A stretch of DNA of 64,000 nucleotides from a bacterium (lineage in GTDB: Bacteria > JACRDZ01 > JAQUKH01), in contig JAQUKH010000004.1 in assembly GCA_028719205.1 (NCBI GenBank), positions 38,332 to 102,331 of the forward strand, read 5' to 3'. A model generated the notes under the pieces. The model worked only from the letters and a program-made list of their open reading frames with translations, did not search any database and had not been told where the DNA came from. A program made the translations under genes and the position numbers. Every line of letters starts with the position of its first letter. The first letter of the stretch is position 1. Below, one piece after another: positions 49,180 to 59,159 of the stretch.

Positions 49180-49587
49180 ATGAAGAAATGTATTATGTCC
49201 CTTGTAATTGTTTTTGCCGTAATCGGACTCGCCTGTAATGAAAAAAATAATCCAACTTCATCAACACAAACAACCACAACAACAGGCGGAACTACCACAG
49301 GCACAACCGGAGGCACACAAACCCAAAACAACTCCATTATAGGAAATTGGTCTTTTGGTGGTCAAAAGGCTGTTACCTTTACCACTAACTCAATGATAAT
49401 GTATATTGGCACAACTGGTTCATCTATGAATTATTCATATTCAGCCTCGAATGGGTCTGGTTATTATTGGGATGACCCCAAAGCCAAAGTTCCATTTACA
49501 TATTCATTTAGCGGGAATACAATGACCTTTAATATTACCGGGAATCAATACATGGCGGGTAGTTCCTTTACATATGTGAGAATGTAG
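49180..49587 (+). CDS. Island lipoprotein with a Thr/Gly-rich linker, function unknown.
   Basis: MKKCIMSLVIVFAVIGLAC lipobox, then TTTTTGGTTTGTTGGTQTQ. Confidence 0.5.
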   Translation: MKKCIMSLVIVFAVIGLACNEKNNPTSSTQTTTTTGGTTTGTTGGTQTQNNSIIGNWSFGGQKAVTFTTNSMIMYIGTTGSSMNYSYSASNGSGYYWDDPKAKVPFTYSFSGNTMTFNITGNQYMAGSSFTYVRM

Positions 49588-50178
49588 TTTATTTTTCTTT
49601 CGCCAAGAAGATAATAATGGGACGCACATTGGATTCCCTTTTTTAAATAAATCAAGCGGGAAATGATATACCCCCCCCTATAAAATTTATTGCGAAAGTG
49701 TATGGAAGCCTAGGCTAACGGTTGTGGGTTTGAGAGCCACAAAGAATGGACTGCCCGGGTGGTAATATACTTTCATTATTCAAATATTAATAATTGATCA
49801 CCACCATACCATGAATATATACACGCAAGGGCTTTCTTTTTCCTTCTGTTAAACCTTTTTCTTTTATTTAACAGAAAGCCTCTTTCAATTATCGTGTCTT
49901 GTAGGGCTTATTTCTAATCTTCATTGATTAATCCTATTTTTTAAACCAAATTCAACATCATATCTAAAGCCATATAAATATTTGTACTTGATTCAACCAT
50001 TTTTTACCCTTTTTATATTTTTAAATTGTAAGATATCCATTTAATATAATTTTGATATTCTGTTGAGTTTAAATTATATTTCAATAATACTTTCTTGCAA
50101 TTTTCATAAGCAATATATTTTTTGTCAGTTATAAATATCTGTTCGAGTTCTTTTTTTATCGACTGATTCATAAAGCTT

Positions 50179-51432
50179 TCACTTTCTTACCTCTAATCTT
50201 GACCAACTTTGATTAAACTGGTAGGCGATCGTTCCGGTTTTCCCAAATGGTCTATTTTTTCTGATATCACAATCTAACCAGTTTTTTTGATTCGGCTCTT
50301 TAAATCTTCTTAACCATAAAATTATATCAGCGGAAGCCGCCAATTCTCCGGCCCCTTTTAAGCCAATTACCTCGGAGTTTATAACGGAATCGTTTGACAC
50401 CTGCGATAATGCCACGATAGTAACCTGTAATTCTTTAGCCATAGACTGTAATTCTAAAGCTATCTTTGACATTTTTTCATATATGCTTCCGGGCTCCTGA
50501 ATATTCTGAATAAAATCTATACAGACAATATCAATATCACTTTGTATCTTATGTTTTTTAATCTTCATTTTAATTTCTTGCAAATTATAAATATCATCGT
50601 AAATAAATAATTCCCATTCATTAATTTTTTGCATTGTTTTTACAATTAAATTTAGATCATTTTTGTTAGACTTAATATCATTAGTAATAATTCTTGTTTG
50701 GTGTATTTCCGATAAATTTGAAATTATTTTAATTAGCTTTTCCTTTCGGGAATCCTCAAGGCTAAAAATTAACCCTTTGCCGTTATTTTTATAAATATCA
50801 ATTATTAACTGGTTAAGGAAAAAACTTTTCCCGGTAGACGTGTAACCAGCTAGAATCCATAAATGGCCGGGAAAGTACCCGGGGATTGATTCGCCTAGTT
50901 TCCCGCCAACTTTTATATTACGGATATTATCTTTATCAAAATCGGACAATATTTCTGATAAAATTTTTTTACTATTCGGATTCTTCTTCTTTTTCAGTTT
51001 TTCTGAATACTGAAATGATTCCCCTATAAGATTTAAAATATAATTATCTATATCTTTGATTTTTTCTTTTTGCAAAATATCGTAATTTCTATAAAGCCAT
51101 TCAGAAATATTTCGTAATATTGAATATTTTTTTACCTCATTCAAACAATGGATAAATTCTTGTTCAACAACAAAACTATTATTTGCATCAATCTCAACTA
51201 ATTTAGGGACAATATCTTTTATCTCATTTCTAAGATAATCCGATAAGATAAGAATAGAAATTTCTTTTTGGTTTCTATATAAGTTATAAATACATTTATA
51301 AATTTTTTGTAATGTTAAATTATAAAAATCCTGACCTGAAATATATTCTTCTGCTGTTAGAAGAGAATCTTTATTGCTGATTAAATACCCGATAATATAT
51401 TCTTCGGCTGATTCATTTTTTAATGTTCCCAT
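50179..51432 (-). CDS. DnaB-like replicative helicase of the phage/island type (417 aa).
   Basis: N-terminal DnaB-like helical domain. C-terminal RecA-like domain with Walker A GYTSTGKSFFLNQL and Walker B IDIVCIDFIQ. Confidence 0.7.
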   Translation of the reverse strand: MGTLKNESAEEYIIGYLISNKDSLLTAEEYISGQDFYNLTLQKIYKCIYNLYRNQKEISILILSDYLRNEIKDIVPKLVEIDANNSFVVEQEFIHCLNEVKKYSILRNISEWLYRNYDILQKEKIKDIDNYILNLIGESFQYSEKLKKKKNPNSKKILSEILSDFDKDNIRNIKVGGKLGESIPGYFPGHLWILAGYTSTGKSFFLNQLIIDIYKNNGKGLIFSLEDSRKEKLIKIISNLSEIHQTRIITNDIKSNKNDLNLIVKTMQKINEWELFIYDDIYNLQEIKMKIKKHKIQSDIDIVCIDFIQNIQEPGSIYEKMSKIALELQSMAKELQVTIVALSQVSNDSVINSEVIGLKGAGELAASADIILWLRRFKEPNQKNWLDCDIRKNRPFGKTGTIAYQFNQSWSRLEVRK

Positions 51433-51439
51433 TTACACC

Positions 51440-52165
51440 TCATAAATAATCAGGTTGATAAGTTTTATCTTTTGTTTGATTCATTTTTAAAATCAGTTGA
51501 GTAAAGTTTTTCCTAAGGCTTTTAGGACTTAAAATATTATTCTGCCAAAAACTATCAATTTGACACCAATTAATTATTTTTTCTATTTCTTCCGGTGCTC
51601 GATTATCAATTCTTATAAGTTTATTAATATCATCAGCCCATTTTTGGATATTAGGATTTTTAAATTTTGGATCTCGTTCATAAATTTTTTGAATAAGTAT
51701 GGTCGATAGCCGAATTTCTTGGCTGTCGACAAGATACTCTTTATCTCCTTCTTTATCTTCTTCTAATTCAGCGGGGACATTCTCCAGACACTGTCCCGAC
51801 AATGTCCCGACATTTTTCTTTTCTTTTGATATTCTCTTTTGTGTATATTCGTCCGCCACTTCAATAAATTTTGGTATTTTAATAAAAATATAATCATCTT
51901 CAACTTTATAAATAATCCTATCTTTTTTTTGGAGAAAATCTAAACACTTTGTATAAACTTTAGGAAGCTTCCCAATTATCTTTGTAAAGTTTTTTAAAGA
52001 ATATTTTAAAAATCCATCAGACCCGGGGCGATAATGTTCAAATTCTTTGGCATAAATTTCGACCGTAAACCAAAAAATTATTATTGCTATATCCCCAAAT
52101 TTTTCCCGAGCTACACATAAATCAGGATCGTTATGGCTGTCAGAAATATGTTTAAACCATTTCAT
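51440..52165 (-). CDS. Hypothetical island protein (241 aa), possibly associated with replication initiation.
   Basis: Sits between the alpA-like gene and the helicase, as pri/rep genes do in satellite-like islands. No motif was recognised. Confidence 0.35.
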   Translation of the reverse strand: MKWFKHISDSHNDPDLCVAREKFGDIAIIIFWFTVEIYAKEFEHYRPGSDGFLKYSLKNFTKIIGKLPKVYTKCLDFLQKKDRIIYKVEDDYIFIKIPKFIEVADEYTQKRISKEKKNVGTLSGQCLENVPAELEEDKEGDKEYLVDSQEIRLSTILIQKIYERDPKFKNPNIQKWADDINKLIRIDNRAPEEIEKIINWCQIDSFWQNNILSPKSLRKNFTQLILKMNQTKDKTYQPDYL

Positions 52166-52177
52166 AATTCACCCATT

Positions 52178-52399
52178 TTAAAATTCCTTTGTCAATACTG
52201 GGTTTGATCGAACCCATACATCCAAATCATTGAGTAAATAAACAACTTTACGCCCCCCAATCTTATAAAACTTTGGGCCCTCACGTTTGCATCGCCAGTT
52301 AGCAAGCGTCCCTTCCGAAATCCCATACATAAAAGAGACGTCTCTTGGAGCAAGAGCTCTCTTCTCAATTTTCTTTGGCAGATTTTTGACTATGTTCAT
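52178..52399 (-). CDS. alpA: AlpA/excisionase-family HTH DNA-binding protein (73 aa).
   Basis: RDVSFMYGISEGTLANWRCKREGPKFYKIGGRKVVYLLNDLDVWV matches the AlpA/Xis MerR-like HTH pattern. Confidence 0.65.
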   Translation of the reverse strand: MNIVKNLPKKIEKRALAPRDVSFMYGISEGTLANWRCKREGPKFYKIGGRKVVYLLNDLDVWVRSNPVLTKEF

Positions 52400-52582
52400 T
52401 TTATTACCTCCTTTTTCATTTAGTGATTTTTATTTCTCACTAATAGGAAAAGTCGGTATAAGGATTTCCCTTATTCCGTTTTTATTTCTATAGATATAAA
52501 AAAAGCCCTGGACTTATGCCAGAGCTTATAAAAGTGTTATTCAAAAAAATATGTTTATTTATTAGTCATCTTTATCTTCCTG

Positions 52583-53560
52583 TCATTTGTCATCGTAATC
52601 TATGTTCTCATTGAATCCTATCGTTTTCACTGATGGAGTTTTTCCCACAATTTTTTTATAATCATTGCAATAATCTTGCGTCATCGTCTTCTTTTTACTT
52701 TTTTTATCGTAGATTTCTATATAACATTTAAAATTGTGTGGGCACTTTTCGCATAACATATTCGCTTCTAATTCCTTTTCATCATTAGTGTATTTGCTGG
52801 TAAGATCATAGACCTTACCCGTAATCAAAAGATGCGCCCGGCAATATTGATCTCTAACTGTTGATAATGGAATCTTTAATTTTTCTGCAATTTCAGGAAA
52901 GTTTTCTGTTTTTTTATATTCCTTCCAAACTTTAAGCTGCTTCAATACTTCGCTTCTATTCCGTTTTATTTCTTTATTATATGGATTCCAATTTTCATTT
53001 TTCAAATATGTTTTTTTAAGAATTCCATCAAATTCTTTCAATATATGAGTTTTTCCCTTGCGTAAATCAATCTTATAAATCCGTTCCCATGGTTCTAGCT
53101 GATCTCCACTATACATAGTTCTTATCCAGTTCGCCTCATGAAAGATATGTCGCTTCGATGTCTTTAACTCATCAAACTCAATGAGTTCGACAGAATGGTC
53201 ATAAAAAAGTCGTGGCAGAACAGCAGCAATCAATTTTTCTGAGACCGTACTTATATCTTTTTTGGGATTTATCAAATCTATAATTTCGTCATATTTATAA
53301 AAGATGTGGTGAGGAAGAAAAAAACGAATACCTGCAAGCCCAAAAAAATTGAAGCTTCCCCGGGGCCAAACCCGGCCTTTTTTACCTCTTGATTTCTTGT
53401 CCCATTCTAAAAAGTTGGTGAAAAATTTATTATATTCAGGATTTTCCTTAAGAATCATGAGCTTGATTTTAGAATCTTCAAGACAATCCTTATTAAGTTT
53501 TGCGTCTATTTTATGAATCTTTTCAAAATATAAATGCTCATTTTTTTCGACTAAATTCAT
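52583..53560 (-). CDS. Hypothetical island protein (325 aa) with a sigma-70-region-4-like HTH near the C-terminus.
   Basis: FPEIAEKLKIPLSTVRDQYCRAH HTH-like block, then a Cys-rich C-terminal tail. Overlaps the integrase gene by 4 nt. Confidence 0.4.
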   Translation of the reverse strand: MNLVEKNEHLYFEKIHKIDAKLNKDCLEDSKIKLMILKENPEYNKFFTNFLEWDKKSRGKKGRVWPRGSFNFFGLAGIRFFLPHHIFYKYDEIIDLINPKKDISTVSEKLIAAVLPRLFYDHSVELIEFDELKTSKRHIFHEANWIRTMYSGDQLEPWERIYKIDLRKGKTHILKEFDGILKKTYLKNENWNPYNKEIKRNRSEVLKQLKVWKEYKKTENFPEIAEKLKIPLSTVRDQYCRAHLLITGKVYDLTSKYTNDEKELEANMLCEKCPHNFKCYIEIYDKKSKKKTMTQDYCNDYKKIVGKTPSVKTIGFNENIDYDDK

Positions 53561-54765
53561 TTTTTTCCTCCTCTCACAGTTTCAATATTAACAATAACCT
53601 TCCCACTGCCATTTAAAACCCCTTCCAAGTCATTAATAGCCTGTTTCTTGTGGTCAGGGCTCAAATGGCTATATCGTTCGCTCATTGAAATGCTTTTATG
53701 CCCCAGCAGTTTTGCAATGGTATAGAGAGGTGTCCCCTGAATTGCCAGCCAGCTTGCGAAGCTGTGGCGCAGGCTATGGAAAACTAATCGCTGACGTGTA
53801 TCTGAAATGCCGTCATTCATTTTTAATCGGTTTACAATCCTATTGAAATCGTTTGCTACTTCATTAATCTTATTGCCTCTTTTATCAGTAAAGATAAGAC
53901 AGTTTAAATCAGAGGGCATCCGGCGTTTAAATATTTCTCGAGTTTTTTCAGTCATTGGAGCATAACGTGTTTCGGTATTTTTTGTATCTCTTAATGTAAT
54001 CAGTCCATTTTCAAAATCAATATCACAACCTTTGAGATTGAAAATTTCTCCGGCTCTTGAGCCGGTATGAAGTGATATAAGAGCTATATCATGGAGTTTC
54101 GGATCTTTGAGTTCTATATATTCAGTCTTATGTCTGCAATCTCGTTTAAGTTCTTTCAAGAGAATATTTGCTTCCTCAAATGATAAAAATCGACTACGGG
54201 CATTTTGAATAACAGGCATTTTTATTTTTTTAACAGGATTCTGCCCCTGATAAAGATTCCAGTCCATAGCTTTATTGTACATAGCCCGAATTAGCCCTAA
54301 ACAATGGGAAATGGTTTTAGGCGCACTTCCGGCCTTTGTCATATCAGATTTCATTCGCTCTAAATCAAAAGGGGAAATTTCATTAAGACGTTTGTCTTCA
54401 AAACGGACTTTGATTTGATTTTCATAACGGCTTTTGTCATCCTTACCCCCTCCAGTCTTAAAGCTCGCTGACCAATCAAGATATTTTTCGGCTAGAATTT
54501 TTATAGTAATTGCTTTCTTTTTTTGATGTGGAAGTTCTTCCGAGTGGCGGATTGACCGTAACCGTTCCGACCGAACATCACTTGCAAGTTTTATGCTATA
54601 ACCCTCACTTAACCATCCAACTTTTTCCCATTTCTTTTTTCCATTAAACTTATAAGTAATATAATAACAGACATCCGGTTTTCTTTTATAAATGCGGATT
54701 TCTGAAACAAGTTCGTAAACTCCTATTTCTTTTGTCGCTTTTCTTGTCGCTCCTTGCCTTGTCAT
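53557..54765 (-). CDS. int: Tyrosine-type site-specific integrase (402 aa).
   Basis: N-terminal arm-binding/SAM-like domain. Catalytic-domain motifs HSLRHSFASWLAIQGTPLYTIAKLLGHKSISMSERYSHL (R..H..R..Y). Confidence 0.85.
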   Translation of the reverse strand: MTRQGATRKATKEIGVYELVSEIRIYKRKPDVCYYITYKFNGKKKWEKVGWLSEGYSIKLASDVRSERLRSIRHSEELPHQKKKAITIKILAEKYLDWSASFKTGGGKDDKSRYENQIKVRFEDKRLNEISPFDLERMKSDMTKAGSAPKTISHCLGLIRAMYNKAMDWNLYQGQNPVKKIKMPVIQNARSRFLSFEEANILLKELKRDCRHKTEYIELKDPKLHDIALISLHTGSRAGEIFNLKGCDIDFENGLITLRDTKNTETRYAPMTEKTREIFKRRMPSDLNCLIFTDKRGNKINEVANDFNRIVNRLKMNDGISDTRQRLVFHSLRHSFASWLAIQGTPLYTIAKLLGHKSISMSERYSHLSPDHKKQAINDLEGVLNGSGKVIVNIETVRGGKK

Positions 54766-55121
54766 ATTTACCTCCCGGTAATTACAGATTTAAAAATCGC
54801 TAAATATATTTTGTTTTAAATTAATTGCTACCCTATTGATACCATCAATTGTGTTTTCAGATGATATTGGGTGAATTTAAACTCAACGATTAAATCTTGT
54901 AACTATTATATAACAAAGGCTAAATTATATCAAGTGATATTTAATGAGGTTATTATGAAAATGGTTATAATGGATTCGAACCCCATTAGTGCTACCAAAT
55001 TTTTCGCTTTAGCGAAAAAACTTCCCATCCCAACTCATTTATAGTATTTGACATATCCTGATTACCCAATTATAATTATTCCCGCTATTTGCAAACTTAG
55101 AAAAATAAAAGGAGATAATTA

Positions 55122-55640
55122 ATGAAGAAGTTATTATACGTTTTTGGCGCGGTTTTTTTACTTAATGTAGTAAATGTTTCAGCATTTCAACGTATGAGAA
55201 CAGATAAAAAAAGGGCTGAGGATGCTCAAAAGAATCTTAAAGAAGAAGAGGAGTTCCTTAAAAAAAATAAAGATGCAGAAGGAGTTAAAACAACAGCAAC
55301 CGGATTACAGTATCTTGTTCTAAAAGAAGGAGAAGGAGAAATCCCAACCGCGACAGACGAAGTAAAAGTTAATTATAAAGGAACTTTAATCGACGGAACA
55401 GAATTCGACAATTCTTACAAAAGAGGCCAGCCTGCTGTTTTTCCGGTAAACAGAGTTATTGCCGGTTGGACAGAAGCATTACAGATGATGAAAGCCGGAA
55501 GCAAGTACAAGCTTTTTATCCCTTCTAAACTGGGATATGGCAATTTGGGCGCGGGAAGAGATATTGGCCCAAATCAAATGTTGATTTTTGAAGTTGAATT
55601 ACTGGGAGTTGAAAAAGATAAAAATGCCGGCAAAAAATAA
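55122..55640 (+). CDS. Secreted FKBP-type peptidyl-prolyl cis-trans isomerase.
   Basis: Signal peptide, then the FKBP domain GLQYLVLKEGEGEIPTATDEVKVNYKGTLIDGTEFDNSY...FPVNRVIAGWTEALQMMKAGSKYKLFIPSKLGYG. Confidence 0.8.
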   Translation: MKKLLYVFGAVFLLNVVNVSAFQRMRTDKKRAEDAQKNLKEEEEFLKKNKDAEGVKTTATGLQYLVLKEGEGEIPTATDEVKVNYKGTLIDGTEFDNSYKRGQPAVFPVNRVIAGWTEALQMMKAGSKYKLFIPSKLGYGNLGAGRDIGPNQMLIFEVELLGVEKDKNAGKK

Positions 55641-56235
55641 CGGAGGGGAAATCAGGACATTTACCGCGGTATTTCCGGTTATTGTATGCAGTTTAATACT
55701 TTCCTCCTGTTCTATGCTTAATAAATTCTCTAAGCAAAATGAAAATATCAGCCTGTTTTCTGATAAAGCTATTTTGCTGGAATTGCCGTTTGAGGCACAG
55801 AAGAAGCCAAATCTATGCGGCCTGGCCTCTGTGGAAATGCTTACCCGCTATTACGGGATCAGATTAAACGATGTTCAGCGCAATACATTGATTGATGAGG
55901 CAGAAAAAAATCAAGGAATTACAGGCACTGCACTTAAAACTGTGCTGGAAGAGGCAGGATATTTTGTTGCAGTGTTTCCCGGTACCTTAGATCACGAGTC
56001 CACAGGCATATACCGCCATCTGGACAGCCGCCGGCCGCTGATGTTAATGCTTGAAGCAGAAAATGACAAAGCTAACCATTATGTTATATTGACAGGTTAC
56101 GATCCGGAACGCGACATTATTATAATATCAGATCCGGGTAAAGGGAGGATCGTTATGTCTCTTGATAATTTTAAAAAGCGGTGGGAGTTATTAAATAATT
56201 TCGCACTTCTTGCCATTCCGGCAAATATGCAGTAA
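55623..56235 (+). CDS. Lipoprotein with a papain-like peptidase C39-like domain.
   Basis: Lipobox LILSSC. Candidate catalytic Cys in QKKPNLCGLASVEM and His in NHYVILTGYD. Confidence 0.5.
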
Positions 56236-56287
56236 GATAGCGTGAGAATAAACAATAATCCTAAACTAATTAAGTAGGAGATACTCT

Positions 56288-56698
56288 ATGAGAATTATGA
56301 AATGTATCCTTATTTGTTTTATTGTTGTAAGCCTTACATTGCAGGGATTTCTAAGATCAGTTTTTGCCGCCGGATCCACCGAGTTTTCGTTAAAAGTAAA
56401 ACCATTAACAATGAATGAACAGGTTTTCCTGAAGACTATAGAGGCAAAAACACACGGCCTATTGAATCAGTCGGCAGGTGCATACTATGATCAAAAATTG
56501 GAAAATCAGATAAAACTGCCGCGTAAAGACAATCCAAACTCAGTTTCTCTGGGGCATGCTATACTGGGAGGCGCTATGATTGGCGCGTTTTTTGGTGTGT
56601 TGGCCAGTTCGGGAGATGCCGGATCAGTTAAAAAATCTGCATGGAAAGGGGCGTTATTCGGGGTCGTTACCATATCGATACTTTATTATGTGTTTTAA
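56288..56698 (+). CDS. Small secreted/membrane protein with a C-terminal glycine-zipper (136 aa).
   Basis: Signal peptide, then GGAMIGAFFGVLASSGDAG...GALFGVVTISILYYVF. Confidence 0.45.
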   Translation: MRIMKCILICFIVVSLTLQGFLRSVFAAGSTEFSLKVKPLTMNEQVFLKTIEAKTHGLLNQSAGAYYDQKLENQIKLPRKDNPNSVSLGHAILGGAMIGAFFGVLASSGDAGSVKKSAWKGALFGVVTISILYYVF

Positions 56699-56788
56699 AT
56701 GCTTTCCCAAATCCTTCGCCAGTTCCTTTTCATTTTCTGAATGGAACAGTTCTCCTTTTCCTCCGCCTATTTGCTCCATATTCTATTT

Positions 56789-56986
56789 TTAATTGTTTGT
56801 CATAAAATCATATACATCCATCTCTTTATCACAGCATGTCAAATCGTAGGTATCCATACATTCACAGGACTCATACATACTTACTTCCATACCGCATTCT
56901 TTACAGATATAACGGCCTCCTCTTTTGAACTTTGCAGCCTTCTTGCCCTCATCGGTCTTCTTTGTTTTGATATTTTTCCTTTCCAT
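56789..56986 (-). CDS. 65-aa Lys-rich, Cys-rich small protein (zinc-ribbon-like), function unknown.
   Basis: Strong RBS AAGGAGG 9 nt upstream. Seven Cys residues in CKECGMEV...CECMD...CCDKE. Confidence 0.5.
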   Translation of the reverse strand: MERKNIKTKKTDEGKKAAKFKRGGRYICKECGMEVSMYESCECMDTYDLTCCDKEMDVYDFMTNN

Positions 56987-57206
56987 TTTTTTAACCTCCT
57001 TGTTAATAATAAATATTACCTGTTATTTATATACAAATAAACAATTTTACGCAATAGTCTGATTCCACTATTTATTGACTTTTAAACACTATGCTTAAAT
57101 ATTTTATTTGAGTTTTTTATTATGATATAATATTCAGAGTTTTGTAGCACCGGAGACAGGACAACTTTAAAAAATCGAAAAAGTATTTGTGATTTAATAT
57201 CCTAAA

Positions 57207-59159
57207 ATGAACCTGCATAAGTTTCAGATATCTAGATCTGTTAAAAATTTGAATAAAAATAACTTAATAAAATATACTCTTATTTTCTTGATTTTTTTCA
57301 TTGGTATTATTGCCGGTATCTTTTTTTGGGAGAAAATAAAACTTGCTTATCAAAATCCATTGGAAATAAAGGGATTTCTTGCCAGAAAAAAATTTAATCC
57401 GGCGAATAATACCATTAGGTTTATTTTTTTTATATTTTGCCCAAGCATATTATTATTTATAACATATACAATAAATCATTACTTTTTCAAAAAAATTAAT
57501 GATATATGCTTTAATTCCAGTAATAACATCCCGAAAAACCAGCCGTATGTTTTCACTTTTCTAAACAATAAAATAATTATAATTTTTTATATCTTATTTA
57601 CAATAGTAAGCACAATAAGCTTTTTGCCCGCATTGGGTACAGTTGATACCTTTCACGAAGGAGAATCGATGGGCCCGGCTATCTCCTACATTAATGGGCA
57701 GGCTCCATATAAGGATTTTTTATTCCTTCATGGTATTTATCAGGACCCGCTGCGTTCTGTAACAGCCTTTAAGCTGTTTGGAAAATCAATCGGTTCAGTA
57801 AGAACATTAAGTTCAATCGAAGGAATAATATTATCTCTTTTAATGTGTATTTTCCTGATAAAATTATTTTCCGGAAATTATATATATTATTTTAGCGCAT
57901 CTTTAATATTAATTTTAATACAATCGGAATATATATTTTGGGCCCCGATGTTAATAGATATCCCGCAATTAATAAATGTTCCCACAAGAGATATAACTAC
58001 CTTTGCCTTTCTTATTACTATTCTATTATTGAAGGAGCTTATTGATACTGATAGTTATAAAACAGCTACAGGGAGACTCTCCCTTTTAATTTTTCTTTTT
58101 TCTTTTATTCCATTGGTATCCTTTTGCTATTCCGTTGACAGAGGTTTTTATTTATCTGCGGCTTATTTAATTATATCGCCGATTCTGTATTTTTCTTTTT
58201 TCCGCAAAAGCATTTCCAGTATATATTATATTATCTATTCGTTTTTGGGCATATTATCTGCGGCAATAGTTTCAGGCCTATTGTTAAAATGGCACTTCCT
58301 CGAATTTTTTCAATTTACATTCCTGACAATGCCCAAATATAAGGAATTACTGGACGGATTTATTTATCATATTGACAGGCCGAGTTTTTTGTTTATATGT
58401 ATTCTTATAGCAGTTAATACCTATTGGATCACATATAAATTTACGCAGGTATTTCACATAAATAACAGGAAATTATTTAGTTCAATCAAAATTTTTGCGC
58501 AAAATTATCTGATTGAATTTTGTTTATTACTATTGTCAGTTTTTACTTTTAGAAATGCGTTAGGCCGTTCAGACTGGGGCCATATTGTTTACAGCTCTGT
58601 AATTACTTATATTTTATTCATCTATATTATAATAAAACATTGTTTCCATAATTTTTTCCACGAATATATATTTAATAGAAAATTTGAATACATATTTTCT
58701 GCTTTAATTATATTTATCTTTGGCATCTACAGTTATAGAGTTTTTCACAGGGATTTAAACAAAGAAATATTTCCATTTAAAATTGAAGATTCAAAATTTA
58801 TTCCTGGTAATTATAAGGAAACAATTTTATTTTTGAAAAACAACCTTAATAATAATGAGGAATTTTTCACTATGACATCCGAAGCAATATGGTATTATTT
58901 TATTGATAAACCTTGCCCAACAAGATTTTCCGTGGTATGGTTTGCTGTTCCATATTTTTATCAGGATGAAATAGTTGATGATCTGAAAAAAAAGAACGTG
59001 AAATATGTTCTTTACAAGAATGATTATTGGGCAAATAATATCGATGGAATTAATAACGAAAGAAGATTACCAATAGTTGTTGATTACTTAAAACAGAATT
59101 ATGTGTTTTTTAAAAAAATAGATGACAATGAAATTTGGATAAAAAATGAAAAGCCGTAA
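57207..59159 (+). CDS. Large polytopic membrane protein (650 aa), possibly a GT-C-type glycosyltransferase or polymerase-like protein; very AT-rich.
   Basis: At least 12 hydrophobic helices with loops. Translationally coupled to the downstream flavoenzyme (14-nt overlap). Confidence 0.5.
   Translation: MNLHKFQISRSVKNLNKNNLIKYTLIFLIFFIGIIAGIFFWEKIKLAYQNPLEIKGFLARKKFNPANNTIRFIFFIFCPSILLFITYTINHYFFKKINDICFNSSNNIPKNQPYVFTFLNNKIIIIFYILFTIVSTISFLPALGTVDTFHEGESMGPAISYINGQAPYKDFLFLHGIYQDPLRSVTAFKLFGKSIGSVRTLSSIEGIILSLLMCIFLIKLFSGNYIYYFSASLILILIQSEYIFWAPMLIDIPQLINVPTRDITTFAFLITILLLKELIDTDSYKTATGRLSLLIFLFSFIPLVSFCYSVDRGFYLSAAYLIISPILYFSFFRKSISSIYYIIYSFLGILSAAIVSGLLLKWHFLEFFQFTFLTMPKYKELLDGFIYHIDRPSFLFICILIAVNTYWITYKFTQVFHINNRKLFSSIKIFAQNYLIEFCLLLLSVFTFRNALGRSDWGHIVYSSVITYILFIYIIIKHCFHNFFHEYIFNRKFEYIFSALIIFIFGIYSYRVFHRDLNKEIFPFKIEDSKFIPGNYKETILFLKNNLNNNEEFFTMTSEAIWYYFIDKPCPTRFSVVWFAVPYFYQDEIVDDLKKKNVKYVLYKNDYWANNIDGINNERRLPIVVDYLKQNYVFFKKIDDNEIWIKNEKP

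Larger units (their letters stand above)
46169..54997. mobile_element. Integrative element of about 8.8 kb, PICI/satellite-like, inserted at the tRNA-Glu 3' end and bounded by 26-bp direct repeats (attL 46169-46194, attR 54972-54997).
   Basis: GG[G/A]TTCGAACCCCATTAGTGCTACCA is repeated at both ends. It carries a tyrosine integrase, an AlpA-like excisionase, a DnaB-like helicase and HTH proteins. The region is markedly AT-richer than its flanks. A 23-bp internal direct repeat, TTAATTGCTACCCTATTGATACC, lies at 46259-46281 and 54821-54843. Confidence 0.7.

Noticed and set aside
50007-50171. About 56-aa minus-strand ORF (MNQSIKKELEQIFITDKKYIAY...) immediately downstream of the DnaB-like gene.
   Set aside because: There is no convincing RBS and the region is extremely AT-rich, where random ORFs are frequent. 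It is left uncalled, although its position after dnaB would fit translational coupling.
54960-54997. Possible second tRNA gene at the right end of the island (GGATTCGAACCCCATTAGTGCTACCA).
   Set aside because: Only the T-arm and acceptor 3' half are present, with no D or anticodon arms. It is the attR copy of the tRNA-Glu 3' end, not a tRNA.
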